Of a DNA stretch of 64,000 nt, positions 1 to 12,600 are shown piece after piece; position 1 is the stretch's first letter; each line of letters opens with the position of its first letter. The position numbers and the translations under genes are program-made. The DNA lies in contig JAUCBJ010008809.1 in the NCBI GenBank assembly GCA_032718475.1, positions 1-64,000 of the forward strand. Reading direction: 5' to 3'. This DNA comes from Nemertoderma westbladi. Lineage: Eukaryota; Animalia; Xenacoelomorpha. The notes below the pieces were generated by a model that saw only the letters and a program-made list of their open reading frames with translations, did no database searches and had not been told where the DNA came from.

Positions 1-634
1 TGTTTCGATCAGTCGATAAGTTACATATTAGAATGTAGAATAAATGGACTCAAAGCAAAATTATGTAACTTTCAACGACCATTATACTGCCATATCTCAG
101 ATATTCCTTTTTAAAAATTATGTTCTGGATTTATTACATTATTTAGATTCCCTGCAACAACGTCATCTTCCATTCGTTACCAACGAACCCTCTATAAGAT
201 TAAAAGGTCGACTGAGATACCTATATAAAGCATGCAAGGATTGAAACCGAAGGCGGGTTGATATCTCGACACGGGAAATTAACAACAAATTTAATTATAA
301 ATAAATTTGTTTTAGTTATTCTAACGAAAACAATATATGACGAAATTGCCGGGATATGAAAATACACCTTATATTATCAGACTTATATTGACAGTGCAAA
401 AACAGTTCATGGTGTTTGGAAATATGGGACAGGGTTGGGAAGGATTGAAATGTACGTAGGAGTTAATAGTTATACTGTAATACCCGATCAGAGTTTGTTA
501 CGATTATTTGAATTTTAAATTGTATGTACAAAGTGTAAAAAGTGCCGGGGACATATGATATTGTGTCACCCCCCCCCCCCCCTACCTGAAAAGTGGGGTT
601 AATAGAAAAATAAAAAAGTTAATAGGCCACCATA

Positions 635-1111
635 CACCGCAGTTATTTCTTCTATCTTATAGCGATTTGTTGATATTGACGGAAACCTGGGCATGCAAGG
701 ATTCCACATATGTATCACAATCTGAATTTCGTCGTACAATAGCTGAGGTATGAGCATTTAATTCTTGCATGGTTTTGCACCTGCACTAGGCTATTTTATT
801 ATATTTAACAAATCCACCATATTTTGGAACACTTCGTTTATGTACGAATAGCTACGCAATAGTTTGATTATAGAGTAATTGCATTGTTGCCAAGCTACGT
901 ATGGGATAAACAATATATTCTAGAATATGGTGTATTTATTAAATATAATAAAATAGCTTCGCCCAGGTGCAAAACCATGAAACTTTTGAACGCTCGTATC
1001 TCAGCTATTCTACGACAAAATTCAGATTGTGATACATATTTGGAATCCTTGCATAGCCAGCTTTCCGTCGATATCAACAAATCGCTATAAGGTTGAAGAA
1101 TAACTGCGGTG
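635..1111. mobile_element. Foldback/MITE-like element with ~220-bp imperfect inverted arms
   Basis: CACCGCAGTTATT...AATAACTGCGGTG; the arms match along their length (ATGCAAGGATTCCA/TGGAATCCTTGCAT, CATGGTTTTGCACCTG/CAGGTGCAAAACCATG). Confidence 0.8.
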
Positions 1112-2115
1112 AACATGTTGCAATATCGTCAGAGACACCTATTTTAAACACTTCTAGCTAAAGAATGAAAGCGAAAATAAAAATTTTGGCTCACCCAGCA
1201 AGGAAGAGGGAGGTGAAACTATCTCCAGATCTGTTTCAAATTTCACGCAATCTCATTAAGATTTGTTGAAAATTTTTTTAGTTTTTTGTGGGGGTGGGGA
1301 TGTGGGGGGGCGGGGGGGGGGGGGGGGGGGGGGCAGGTACCTGAATAACGACACTATATTCCAGGACATGGTAGGTACAGTAGCAGTAGGCCAGTACTGC
1401 AGTAGGCCTACGTTTGTACAGTAGCAAACCTAAAACATGGAATCCTACGAATGTGATCACACTGTGTGTCCCAATGTTTACTTCATCACAAACATCCAAG
1501 TAAAAGGTAATAAAATACGTAGCATGTCTTACTGTATTATATAGTAGGCCTACTTACAGTAAGTTAAGTAGTAACCCTCTAGTTAACCAGCGCTAGTTTT
1601 CCCCAGGAAATCCGCAAATAATATCCACTTAAGATTTGTTCTTCCCTGCTGATTGTCACCATAGACATCACTATATGTCTACCACTGGGACTGTAACTTG
1701 CAAAACCAAACAATAACTGAGATAAGAATTGATACAAAACCCTAGACCTACTCACTCATGTTCATGGAATAATTTTTATTTGAAAGCTATATATTGCCAC
1801 TAATTGTACAGAAAGTAAATTTTCCAATCTTAAAGTACTGTAGGACTACTCATCAGTCAGTACAGTAGGTACAGTAGTAACAATTTAAAATTATTAAATA
1901 CAAAAGCTTATTATTTGTTGTGATTATTTTTAGATAAACTATAAATATTACTTTTATCAGCTCGTTGTTTAAAGTCAAATTTTTAAGCACTTCATACTTA
2001 GGTTGACGATATTACTTTACATCAACTTTACATATATATATTCTAGACCAACATCTATTAATTGTGCCTGATATAGAGATATTTTCGGTCGAGATTTTGT
2101 TGGGATTTTATCAGA

Positions 2116-2321
2116 GAGTGGAGTGGCGCACAGTGACCGCAAGTGAAAATAGTAATCTTCTGCTCGAATAATATGAAATAATGCATAGTTTAATTTTTTG
2201 GTTAGAAAACACCGCCATTGTATGCGGCTCCTTTTCCTTTATTTTTTTAACTTAATTAAATTAATTGTTCAAACTCTATAAAATTTATTTTGTTTTTGCG
2301 GTCATTTCGCGCCATTGACTC
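2116..2321. mobile_element. Possible decayed MITE
   Basis: Imperfect terminal inverted repeats GAGT..TGGCGC..TGACCGCAA / TTGCGGTCA..GCGCCA..ACTC. Confidence 0.35.
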
Positions 2322-2888
2322 AATTTTATACATGAAGAATTTGTATTATTTTTAATTTCTCTTTATTAAGTAATAAGTGTTTTATAGCGCTTATTTCAGT
2401 CTTATAACCTGTAGGTACAGATACTAATTCGTTAATTGTTTTGGTTAGATTAAGGCCGTCTGAAACCTGAGTGAAAACCTGTTATACAGTACAGTACTTC
2501 ATATGGGGGTAAACGTCCCATGTCAAGTATACCGTCAGTGAAGTTGTTAAAATTGATATTTGGTTGTTGGATTTATTTTTGTTGTATATTGGTTTTTATC
2601 TTATGTAATATAATAAACTATGATTCATAGATAATGTAAGTAAGTATATGTAATGTGAATATATTTTTTATATGACCCGCCATTGAGTAGGACTTCCCAC
2701 TGTCTCTTTTGTGTTGTTTTAATATTGTTTTGGTTATTTAGTGGTGCGGCATGGTGTGTTTTTTTTTTGGAATTATATAATTATTAAATAAACAATAAAT
2801 ACCAGACTGTCGCTATTGTATTTCAGTTTACAAATTCTTCATATAAAATTCAACTATAAATATTTCATTTTAAATGTAACTAAATTTA

Positions 2889-2973
2889 ATGATGTTCAGA
2901 TTTATAGTAATATTATGCAACATTTGCTTTGGTATCATTGTATGCTTCAAAGTTGTAACTTCAACTGAAACTG
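2889..2973 (+). CDS. Laminin exon 1 (signal peptide)
   Basis: [28 protein letters not shown], a hydrophobic leader. Donor G|GTAAG, phase 1, matches exon 2. Confidence 0.72.
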
Positions 2974-3663
2974 GTAAGATTGCGTTAAAATTAATATATA
3001 CTGTATGCGATTTACTGTAGAATAATAATAATAAATTGTTGCTGAATCAGAACCCACCACAGAACAAGCTGCGCGGAATAGGTAATAATTGGAAATCGAG
3101 CATGATTCCAATAGCTCCGTGACCCCAGAGCCATTATAAGAATATATTGTATTTTGTACTACATTATACTACAATATCAAGGAGTTGGTATGGGGGGCGG
3201 TTATATTTAAAGCTTTTCATTGATAAAATTCAAAATTGTAAAAGAAATTTAAACGACACGAAATGCGAATTTAAAATCGCAAAAACGAAACGAAAATCTC
3301 ATAGGTTGATAAAAAAAACGAAACGAAACAACGAGTACACCTCACGGTATGGGCGCGTTGACCCTACAGTATGACCACAATGGATTCCGCCACTGACACT
3401 TATTTTATTAGCAGATGTTTAGGTCTACCGGGTTACGGTACATGTATGTGGGGCGAGCCACGAAGTTGGCGGAGCCTTAGCGAATTGACACTGTTAGGGG
3501 GTGGGTCAATTTATGCAAATAGTTGTCGTCGTCGTCGTCGTCGTTGTCGTCGTTGGGGCAAGCCACGAAGTTGGCGGAGCCTTAGCGAATTGACACTGTT
3601 AGGGGGTGGGTCAATTTATGCAAATAGTTGTCGTCGTCGTCGTTGTCGTCGTCGTCGTCGTCG

Positions 3664-3694
<31 letters not shown>

Positions 3695-6600
3695 TACGAT
3701 TTTGACATGCTAATAACTTTGTCGGATTTAAAGCTGCCAAGTTGAAAATTTGTAGGTATCAATATGAGCAAAAGTTGAGATTTTTGAGAGACTTTCAGAC
3801 ACCATCAGTGCAATGGTCTCCCGCTAGAGGGCCACATGTCTAAACATTAAATGCCCTCCCATTTCTTTGCTTTTAATCCGTTTAAGCTGAAATTTGGCAG
3901 ATATGTATTAGACCATTAGCTGTGACTTTCAAAGGAGGCGAATCCATCTGCAGTTCTCCAGTCTGCCGCTAGAGGGCCAAAGGTCTGAAAGTGAAATCGT
4001 TGTCGTCGTTACGATTTTGACATGCTAATAACTTTGTCGGATTTAAAGCTGCCAAGTTGAAAATTTGTAGGTATCAATATGAGCTAAAGTTGAGACGTTT
4101 GAGAGACTTTCAGACACCATCAGAGCAATAGTCTCCTGCTAGAGGGCCACATGTCTAAACGTTAAATGTCCTCCCATTTCTTTGCTTTTAATCCATTTAT
4201 GCTGAAATTTGGCAGATATGTACTAGACCATTAGCTGTGACTTTGAAAGAAGGAATTGAATTGAATTGAATTGAAGGCTAATCCGTGTGCAGTTCTTCAG
4301 TCTGCCGCTAGAGGGCGAAATGTTTGAAAGTGAAATCTTTCTCCCATCTCGTTATTTATGATCCGTTCAAGCTGAAACGTAGCAGATATGTAGTAGAAGT
4401 CGGCCTGAGTCTTTGGTGGGCAGTAAACGGTCTGGAGTCCTCCAGTCTGCCGCTAGAGGGCGAAATGTATAACTGTCCCCAATTCCTTGATATTAATTTA
4501 TTTAAAGTGAATATTGGCATATGTACTAGATCACATGCTGCGTCTTTCTGAGGAAGGTGGTCGATCTGCATTTCTCCAGTCTGCCGCTAGAGGTAAGCGG
4601 AAATTCAAGACGCTGGTCACACTTCTAAACGCATTATTTCAACATTCTCAAATATACGCTCCATAAATATTTCACGTTACTATTTTATTGATAATCAAGA
4701 TATAAACCAAGCGGAATTGGGGTGTAAACGTTAAGCAGACACCTGGTGCAGACACCTGGTGCAGACACCTGGTGCAGACAACTGGTGCAGACACCTGGTG
4801 CAGACACCTGGTGCAGACACCTGGTGCAGACACCTGGTGCAGACACCTGGTGCAGACACCTGGTGCAGACACCTGGTGGGTGCAGACACCTGGTGGGTGC
4901 AGACACCTGGTGCAGACACCTGGTGCAGACACCTGGTGCAGACACCTAGTGCAGATACCTGGTGCAGACACCTGGTGCAGACACCTGGTGCAGACACCTG
5001 GTGCAGACAGTTAGGCAGACCGGTACTGAAATGAATTACACAATAGCCTACATTCGCAGAAAAGCCTTTCTAGAATTATCACTTATGACTACTTATTTGC
5101 GTGCATTTTTCACTGGGATTGGCTGCGTGCGTGTCTAGCGTCGTCTCTTTGATTACGTTGAACCATTGGCAATATACAGAATGTTTTGATTGGACCTATA
5201 GGACTAGGAACTTTGCGTGGAAGAATATAATGGTAGAAATCATAACAAATAATACTCATATAACTTATATATAACTACCGGACTGCTGATTCATATACAT
5301 TCCTAACATTCCACACCACATTCCAATAATATCCTAATACAGTAATACTTTCGAATTAGTACTTAAATTAAATTTAAGTCACGTGCTGCGCGAAGGCCCC
5401 ACTTCGTGTAGGTGTAGGCGTATGCGCATAGGGGGCAGGAGGAGCAATTGCCCCCCCAGCAAATATCTAGGGGGCGAAATCACAGGCATACAGAGGGGCG
5501 GAATTTTTGAGTATTAAACCAGAGTAAAGCTTTTTATTAGTATTATACAGTAGTACATCATTGCTCAATCTCAACATTGTTTAAAAGATTTCCACTCGCT
5601 ACGCTCGCATTTTCATAATTAATATTCCTATACGGAACTATATTAACATCCGCAATTTCCTTTCCATTTCTAATGACTTCATATTATCTACTTTCATGTA
5701 CAGTATGTGTATCGTGTGTGTGTGTACCATGGGGGTGTATTAGGTGTGTGTACCATGTGTGTGTGTACCATGTGTGCGTGTACCATGTTTGTGTGTACCA
5801 TGTTTGTGTGTACCATGTTTGTGTGTACCATGTTTGTGTGTACCATGTTTGTGTGTACCATGTTTGTTTGTACCATGTTTGTGTGTACCATGTTTGTGTG
5901 TACCATGTTTGTGTGTACCATGTTTGTGTGTACCATGTTTGTGTGTGCCATGTTTGTGTGTACCATGTTTGTGTGTACCATGTTTGTGTGTACCATGTTT
6001 GTGTGTACCATGTTTGTGTGTACCATGTTTGTGTGTACCATGTTTGTGTGTACCATGTTTGTGTGTACCATGTTTGTATGTACCATGTTTGTGTGTACCA
6101 TGTTTGTGTGTACCATGTTTGTGTGTAACATGTTTGTGTGTACCATGTTTGTGTGTACCATGTTTGTGTGTACCATGTTTGTGTGTACCACACCTTTGCG
6201 TTTTTCAACGTCATTTTTAAAGTGTATTCATTGTACCCTCATGGTTTATCCTACTCCTTGACCGAAACTTAAATACGCCACAGTTAAATTATCACGAATT
6301 ACAGTAGAGGCCTAACTAACAATAAAATATACCGCAAAATAAGAAACAATGGGATAGAAGTTGCACTAAGATATATAAATGTTTTGCATTACTTAATATC
6401 CTTGGTGGCCCCTACGCGACACCGCACTATGTCCACAAATTATACAATTGTTGAAATATTATTTTATTTTTATTAATGAATTTTTTTGTTAGTTCAGTTA
6501 GAAAGTTTTTTTTTAGTTAGAAATATTATTTTATTTTTATTACTGATTTTTTTTGTTAGGGGGGGGGGGGGGCGAAATTGGCAATGACCGCGAAAATTTG

Positions 6601-9600
6601 GGACTTGCCCCCCCCCCCCCCCCCCCCCCCCAGTGAAAATGTTTCCGGTACGGTTATGCGTAGGCGCATGTCGATGTAGACGTAGCGTTTACCCCCCGTG
6701 TTTGAATGGTTTTGCTAGCGTTGAACTACCAGTGAACTACTACCTGTTGAGTCGTTCATAATGTCAGCCATAACAGTCAAACTGTCGCTCAGTTGCATAC
6801 TGTATATACCGAGGCATACCGGTAGGGGTTACCGGTGACTGTACCACAAGCCTTTCTGATCATTGTACGCGAAATTTACATGTACACACCTTTTATTTAT
6901 AAGAACCAACCAATTTGTTTTTTTTGAGCCTCATTTTTTTTAATACATGGAAACAACAGCCTGACATTTCCAGATCTAGGCCTAATCAAATGATGAAATG
7001 AAAGTGGTTAAAAATTAAGTTAGCACAGAATGGCATCATATGTAACTTGGGTCTAAAGCTTTGACCTTTTTTATTAGTTAATGGTAACTAATTAATTAAT
7101 GATAAATTATTACTTGTAATTAGTATTTGAAATAGTTATTGCATTTAATATTTAAACACGTCTTTGATATTAACACGATTGTGATCGATGAATTCTGTTT
7201 TGATATAATGGTACAAGAATGTGTGCCTTTGTATTATATTGTTCCATCACCTAACCATATATAGTAGGTCATGATTGTTCTTATTTTTCCACGAATTTGC
7301 GCTTCGTGTTCTTATATAAACTGGGTTCTTATAAGATAAAACGAGACCACACTACAACTACAACTAACTTACTACAAGTTATTCAAAATATAATTATGGT
7401 TTTCAGAATGCAGTGGGATTTGCGACGCCAATGGTACTAACACGTGCATCAATGACACGGATTCCGATCTCCCATCAAATCATCAAGTTTGTATCTGTAA
7501 AGATGGATACATCGGTGGACAGTGTGGAGAATGTGCCGTTGGTTATAGAGGATTCCCTAATTGTATTAAGTGTCACTGCGATGTCGAAGGTGTTAGGAAT
7601 GGTGATGGTACTGACATATGCGGAAAAACATGCAAGTGCAAGGTATATGAAATTGGGAAATTTATGAAATTACATAGAACTTGAAACATTACACCACTCT
7701 GCTAAACCTGTACTCATATATTTTCATAATTTATTATTGGTGTTATGGGTGAATATTTGCCAAGTCGGCACATCCAGGTGAGATTGAAATGGTGACCTCT
7801 GCGTTGAAAGTCTGACGCTCTAACCATTCAGCTAGAGGCTCATACGTCCTCATGGCCTCCCATCTGCCAATACCAAGATTTGCTGCCACTGTGCTCAATC
7901 GTACTGTACTTGGCGGTCTTTAACCACACGCTGAAATAAAAGGCTAGTGTATATTGAGCGTCAGACTTCCAACATGGAGGTCACCTGTTCGACCCCTCCT
8001 AGACGTAATTGCCGACTTTGCAAAGCTGTGCCCAACGAAAGTTATAAAAATAAAGCACAAATTCAACCATAACACCACTAATAAATTATAAATATACCGG
8101 TCGCATTATTTTCTCTATGGGTGTAACTGCCCTGCCTAAATTAGTAATTAGATTGTATAATTAATCATTGTGGCCGTGATGGTTCATGATTAATATACAC
8201 TACCCTTTCATTGTAGCGAGTTGTTAAAGACGGACATACAAGGTATCAGGTATATAGTATTTGCAGGTCTACCTTTTACCTAAACCGCTAGCTGAATGGT
8301 TAGAGCGTCAGACTTCCAACCCGGAGGTGACCAGTTCGATCCCACCTGGACTAGGGCGGTGCGTTTTTTACTTTTTTCGATTTCATTGTTCTACCGGTGC
8401 ACAAAAGTTTCCAAGTGGTAAGAAAATAAGGCAAAAAAATTTATATAAATTTCATCTATATCTTCACGGATCCCAAGAGGATTGAAATTTTGAGCCTTCG
8501 CGATGCACCATATAATGAAATTTATAACAATCTAACACATTATGAAAGATCAATGACTCAAGAAAGAACTTCGTGCATGCATCAAATGTCATAAAATGGG
8601 TCCAGACTAATATCGAAATTTTGATTTTGGGACCAAGGGAAGTAGTGCCATAGGTACATGGCCAGAACCTACCCTCTGGCATAAATGACTCTTATTCTCA
8701 ATTTTCGCGATGGACAACTTTTACTTCTCCTACTGCAAATATTATGCTCATTAGAAGCGCAATGACCGATTTAGTGGGGGTAAACACCATCAAAACAAGC
8801 GCAGACTCTATGGACACATTTTGATCCAACTTTGATCAATGTTTGATCAAAGTGTGCTCAAAGGAATGCTTTTTGAGAGCGGGACTGTAGTTATTGAGAT
8901 ATTGCAGAAAATGTTAAGTCCGGCACAAGTCAACATGACTGCCTTGTTGATTTATAGACAAATACATTACAAATGTTACTTCTAATTATCTTAAGGCATC
9001 AAAAATATACACATCACTGCAACAAATTGATTTAGTGTATACAGACACCTTCAAAATGAAAGAGTAGTGATTAATTCACTATAGTTTTTGTACAAAATGT
9101 GTGGAATGGGTCAACTCAATATCAAGTATTAATTTGTGGACATAGACTTGACATTTTGTAAAATAACTCAAGAACTAATGACTCTACTATTATTTTGAAG
9201 GTGTCTACATCCATACATTGATCATTTTCTGTGATGTGTCTATTCTTGATTTCTTGAGATAATTCAAAGTATCATTTTTAGTGTATTTGTCCATATCGCA
9301 TCAAAGCGGTAATGTAGACTTGTGCCAGGCTTCACATTTTCTTCGATATCTCAAGAACTATTCGCTCTACGTTTGTTTAGAAGTTGTCTACCCCCACTAC
9401 ATCGGTACTTGCGGTTCTAATGAGCATAACATTAATGCAGTAGGAGTACTAAAAGTTTGCCATCGCGAAAATTTAGAATAATCGTCATTTACGCAGAAGG
9501 GTAGGTTCTGGCCATGTGCCTGTGGCACTAGTTAGTTCCCTTGATCCAAATATTAAAATTTTGGTATCGAACTAAGTTTGGACCCATTTGATGACATTTG

Positions 9601-12600
9601 ATGCATGCAGGAAGTTCTTTCTTGAGTCATTAACTTTTCATTAATGTGTTATATTGTTATAAATTTCATTGTGGTGCATCGCGATGGCTCAAAATTTTAA
9701 CCCTCGTGGGATCCGTCAAGATAGCGATGAAATTTTTTGCCTTAATTTTTTACCATTTGGCAACTTTTGTGCACCGGAAGAACAATTAAATCCAAAAAAA
9801 AGGTAAAAAACGCACCGCCCTAACCTGGACGACATTGCCGACTGTGCCAAACGAAAAGTTATAATAATCTCAAACCACTCATTCACCCAAAACACCAATA
9901 ATAAGTTATAAAGATATTTGGATGGCACATATAGAAAAATGCTATCTGGCTTATTGTGTCAAGTACAATGCAAATATCACCAACCAGACACGATACACAG
10001 AATTAGAGGTGTCTCATTAGTCCCTCCAAACTTGAAACTGTTCAAAACTTAAGTTCATTTAAGACATTAAGGAAAAGGAGCAGGTTTCAGTGTCGGTGTT
10101 TTCCAACTAAATCAATAAACAAAACTTTATTTCACATGTGATTAATTAATGCTGGAGACCCCTTTTTCACTATCTGAGATTTAATAGTTACTGTACTCTA
10201 ATATGTTATTTTAGGATCTGGTCACGGGTCTGAATTGCAATGAATGCAAAAATAATTCCTACAATTTGCACAGAGATAACCCTATTGGTTGCACACCATG
10301 CTTCTGTTTCCTTCACTCGTCTGCCTGTAAACCAGCTGAAATCTCTGCAAAAAATATACCATTAATCGTTGGCAAAATTGAAAGCGACAAAAGACATTTC
10401 AAATTCAAACTGGGAATCCAAGAAGAAAAATCGTGGATCAAATTTTATGGTAAAGTTATTGAATGCAATGTTAAATTAATTATTAGTAACGATGAAAGTC
10501 ACAAACATCATAATCATTTGTTTATGTACAACATATATTTGGATACTATTCATATGCGATACATATATAATACCAATACAACTGAACTCATAGGCGGTCG
10601 TTTTTCACCTATTCGTATAGAGCTTTCGGAAAATGTTTGGCATTTACAAACCAAAACAAGGAACGATACTTACAATAAGGCATCCGGCAAATTGAACTTC
10701 ATGACCTCTTTCAATAACATGAGTGGATTAATCATTGATGGGTTGAAAAGGGCATATAAAAGCATTTCCGTTGAATCATGCCGCTTGCTTTATACAGACG
10801 ATACAGTATACACAGCAGAACAGTGCCAATGTCCACCGCAATTTGCAGGAAGTTCGTGTGAACGATGCAATGATGGATTCTTCCGAAACAACGGGAATCG
10901 TTACTATTCGCACCAGGAACCCTGTGTCCCTTGCAACTGTTCGGGACTTACAAGTAGCTGCGACGAAAGAACCGGCGAATGCTACAATTGCAAAAACAAC
11001 AGCTTCGGATTCAACTGCCCACAGTGTCGGCAAGGTTATGTGGATTACAATAACGTCGTGGGATGTAGCAAATGTCATTGTCCTTACACAGATTACTCTA
11101 GAGGCGGTTTGTGTCAAGACGTCGTCGGAGGCCAGGTGCGTTGCTCAGAATGTCGTGAGGGCTACGAAGGAAATACGTGCGAGCAATGCTCACAAGGTTA
11201 TTATGGTGATCCTTTGGCGAGGATAGATTGTCTGCCGTGTTTCGCGAAGTGTAATAATAGAAGTCGCAGATGCACCAGTTTGCGTGGAGTTTGTCTTAAC
11301 TGCAAAGATAATTTCAAAGGCGACGATTGTGAAATTTGTCCAAATGGTCATTTTATGTTGGTAAATGAATGCCGTCCTTGTAGGTGTCACATAGAAGGGT
11401 CCGTTAATTCATCATGTGGTGCGTCTGGAAACTGTTATTGCCGTGATGGTTACCACGGAAAATTATGCGACATGTGTAGTTCTACCACGCTTTCCGTTAT
11501 GGACAAACAAGCACAACAAGGTTGCCGAAATGGTGCATGTAATTCTTGCCAGGATTCTTGCATTCGACATTTAAAGTACAATATAGAATACCACGCAGCA
11601 ATTATTAAAAATTTAATTTCTATTTTGGAAATTCGTTCAACATTAGTTAACATATTAAATTCTGTTAACGTCGTCAAAGCAGACGCATATTATATTAATT
11701 TAATTCCTAAAGTAAAACAGAATTTCAAGGATGTAGAAAATCTATTAAATGACGTAGAGAGTGAAATATCTTATTATTATAAAAGATTAGATATTATTGA
11801 ATCTGCGACTTGGAAAACATTTTCAGATGGAAGAACCACGTATAGTAACATCGACATGTTGGAGAATGATATTGAAGAGTTGGTTAACCGATGTACCGAA
11901 GTGCTATTGGCAATTGGAAATGATAAAGCACATATCGATGAAGGGGAACGACTGCTTCGCGATTTTTCATATGTTCTAGAAAATGTAGCTGAAGACATCG
12001 ACCTTATACCCACAAAAATTTCTGATCTAAACCAAATAATTAATATTGTCAAAGATTATGAAATTGTTATTAAAAAGTTAAGCAAACAAAATCTTAGAAT
12101 AAAGGAGTATAAATCCAAGTTTGAAGAACTTGGTGATATTTTTGAAAAAGTAAAAATAACTTTAAAAAACACACAAACAAAGATGGAATCGATTCGAAAT
12201 TATGAATTTACTCGAAACATTCTTAACACAACTAACTTCATCAGATCGACCAATTATTTGATAAAGGACATTACTCAGCGCAACCTAGCTATAAATAACG
12301 TTATGGTTCACATCGATTATGTAAATGAAATTTTAAAACAAAAGCTTGAGTCAGTCACTAGTAATCAAGAATATAAAAAGTTGAATAGTATCGTTGGAGC
12401 CAGTGAGCTACATAGCAAGAAGCTAATGGAATCACTTGGAAAGTTTATGCCTGTAATGGGTTCATATTCAAAACATTACAAATCCCTGCTTGGTTCTATG
12501 GTCTTGGGGTATAACACGTTGGAAGAGGTTAAGAATGCGATGCAGCAATTATTATTTATGCACAATTATGGACCTGGTAATTTGATTGACGAAATTAACG

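Noticed and set aside
3371-3745. Arg-rich protamine-like ORF
   Set aside because: It is a translation of the (GTC)n microsatellite in the HINE-like element.
4735-5009. Array of CACCTG E-boxes as an intron 1 enhancer
   Set aside because: Motif repetition is a trivial result of tandem amplification; there is no independent support.
4672-6261. Stacks of Cys/His-rich ORFs (also at 13736-15489, 21047-22494, 23707-26445)
   Set aside because: They are translations of minisatellites, open in several frames at once.
8287-8351. tRNA gene (also 7780-7840, 7945-8000, 15690-15760)
   Set aside because: A and B boxes are present but there is no closed acceptor stem, and shared non-tRNA tails follow, so these are SINE heads.
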